DNA of 61,737 nucleotides, the filler included. It is 6 parts of 6 records of this genome, joined end to end, with 100 filler letters (N's around TTAATTAATTAA, not from the genome) between each part and the next. Parts side by side here need not be neighbours in the genome. Positions count along the whole stretch, not along the records: positions 53,977 to 61,737 come from SRR20825019_2094; 5 more parts are not named here. One strand, 5' to 3'. The notes beneath the pieces were generated by a model. It did not search any database. It was given only the letters and a program-made list of their open reading frames with translations, and was not told the origin of the DNA. The first letter of the stretch is position 1. The number at the start of each line of letters is the position of its first letter. The translations under genes and the position numbers were made by a program. Of this stretch, positions 61,640 to 61,737 are shown in pieces.

Positions 61640-61708
61640 TTTTTTCTTTATTTTCTTTGCTGATATTAAAAACTGTTATATATTTGCAACCGCAATCAAG
61701 CAAATGAA

Positions 61709-61737
61709 GGGCGATTAGCTCAGTTGGTTCAGAGCAC
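61709..61737 (+). tRNA. 5' part of a tRNA, probably tRNA-Val (anticodon lies outside the window)
   Basis: GGGCGATTAGCTCAGTTGGTTCAGAGCAC forms an acceptor strand and D-arm; preceded by TATATTTG promoter element at 61679-61686. Confidence 0.75.

Overview
This window is not one locus. It joins six unrelated contigs with 100-nt spacers (N44-TTAATTAATTAA-N44), so adjacency across spacers means nothing. (1) 1-15768: AT-rich Flavobacteriaceae housekeeping DNA (dnaA 5' end, ribD, prmC, aquaporin, ligA, dapA, bamD, rpoZ, coaBC, recN, fabI). (2) 15869-22940: Flavobacteriaceae trp operon (trpE-G-D-C-F-B-A). Between trpD and trpC sits a frameshifted four-helix-bundle gene enclosed by a perfect 23-bp inverted repeat built from 8-nt units. 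The trpE-G, trpG-D, trpC-F and trpF-B spacers carry degenerate versions of this architecture. (3) 23041-37106: GC-rich Rhodobacteraceae-like DNA. It holds a siderophore N-hydroxylase cut by an IS6-like end, an ECF sigma factor, a Na+/H+ antiporter with a cNMP-binding domain, a doubly deleted flavoprotein remnant, a cobalamin-riboswitch-controlled ABC importer with a possible coupling uORF, and cob genes. (4) 37207-47260: Flavobacteriaceae kdsA, an iron-uptake-type operon (TonB receptor, DUF4198-like, PepSY-TM) and tmRNA. (5) 47361-53876: compact eukaryotic DNA with three spliced genes (SPF45/RBM17-like, Maf-like, SLC17/PHT4-like; 11 introns of 46-64 nt, one GC-AG) and tRNA-Cys. (6) 53977-61737: Flavobacteriaceae anmK, amino-acid dehydrogenase, nhaD, exbB/exbD/tonB-like, folC and the start of a tRNA. 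The best novelty candidates are the inverted-repeat-flanked four-helix-bundle cassette and the riboswitch-uORF-hairpin relay. All family calls are by motif recognition only; no database search was run.
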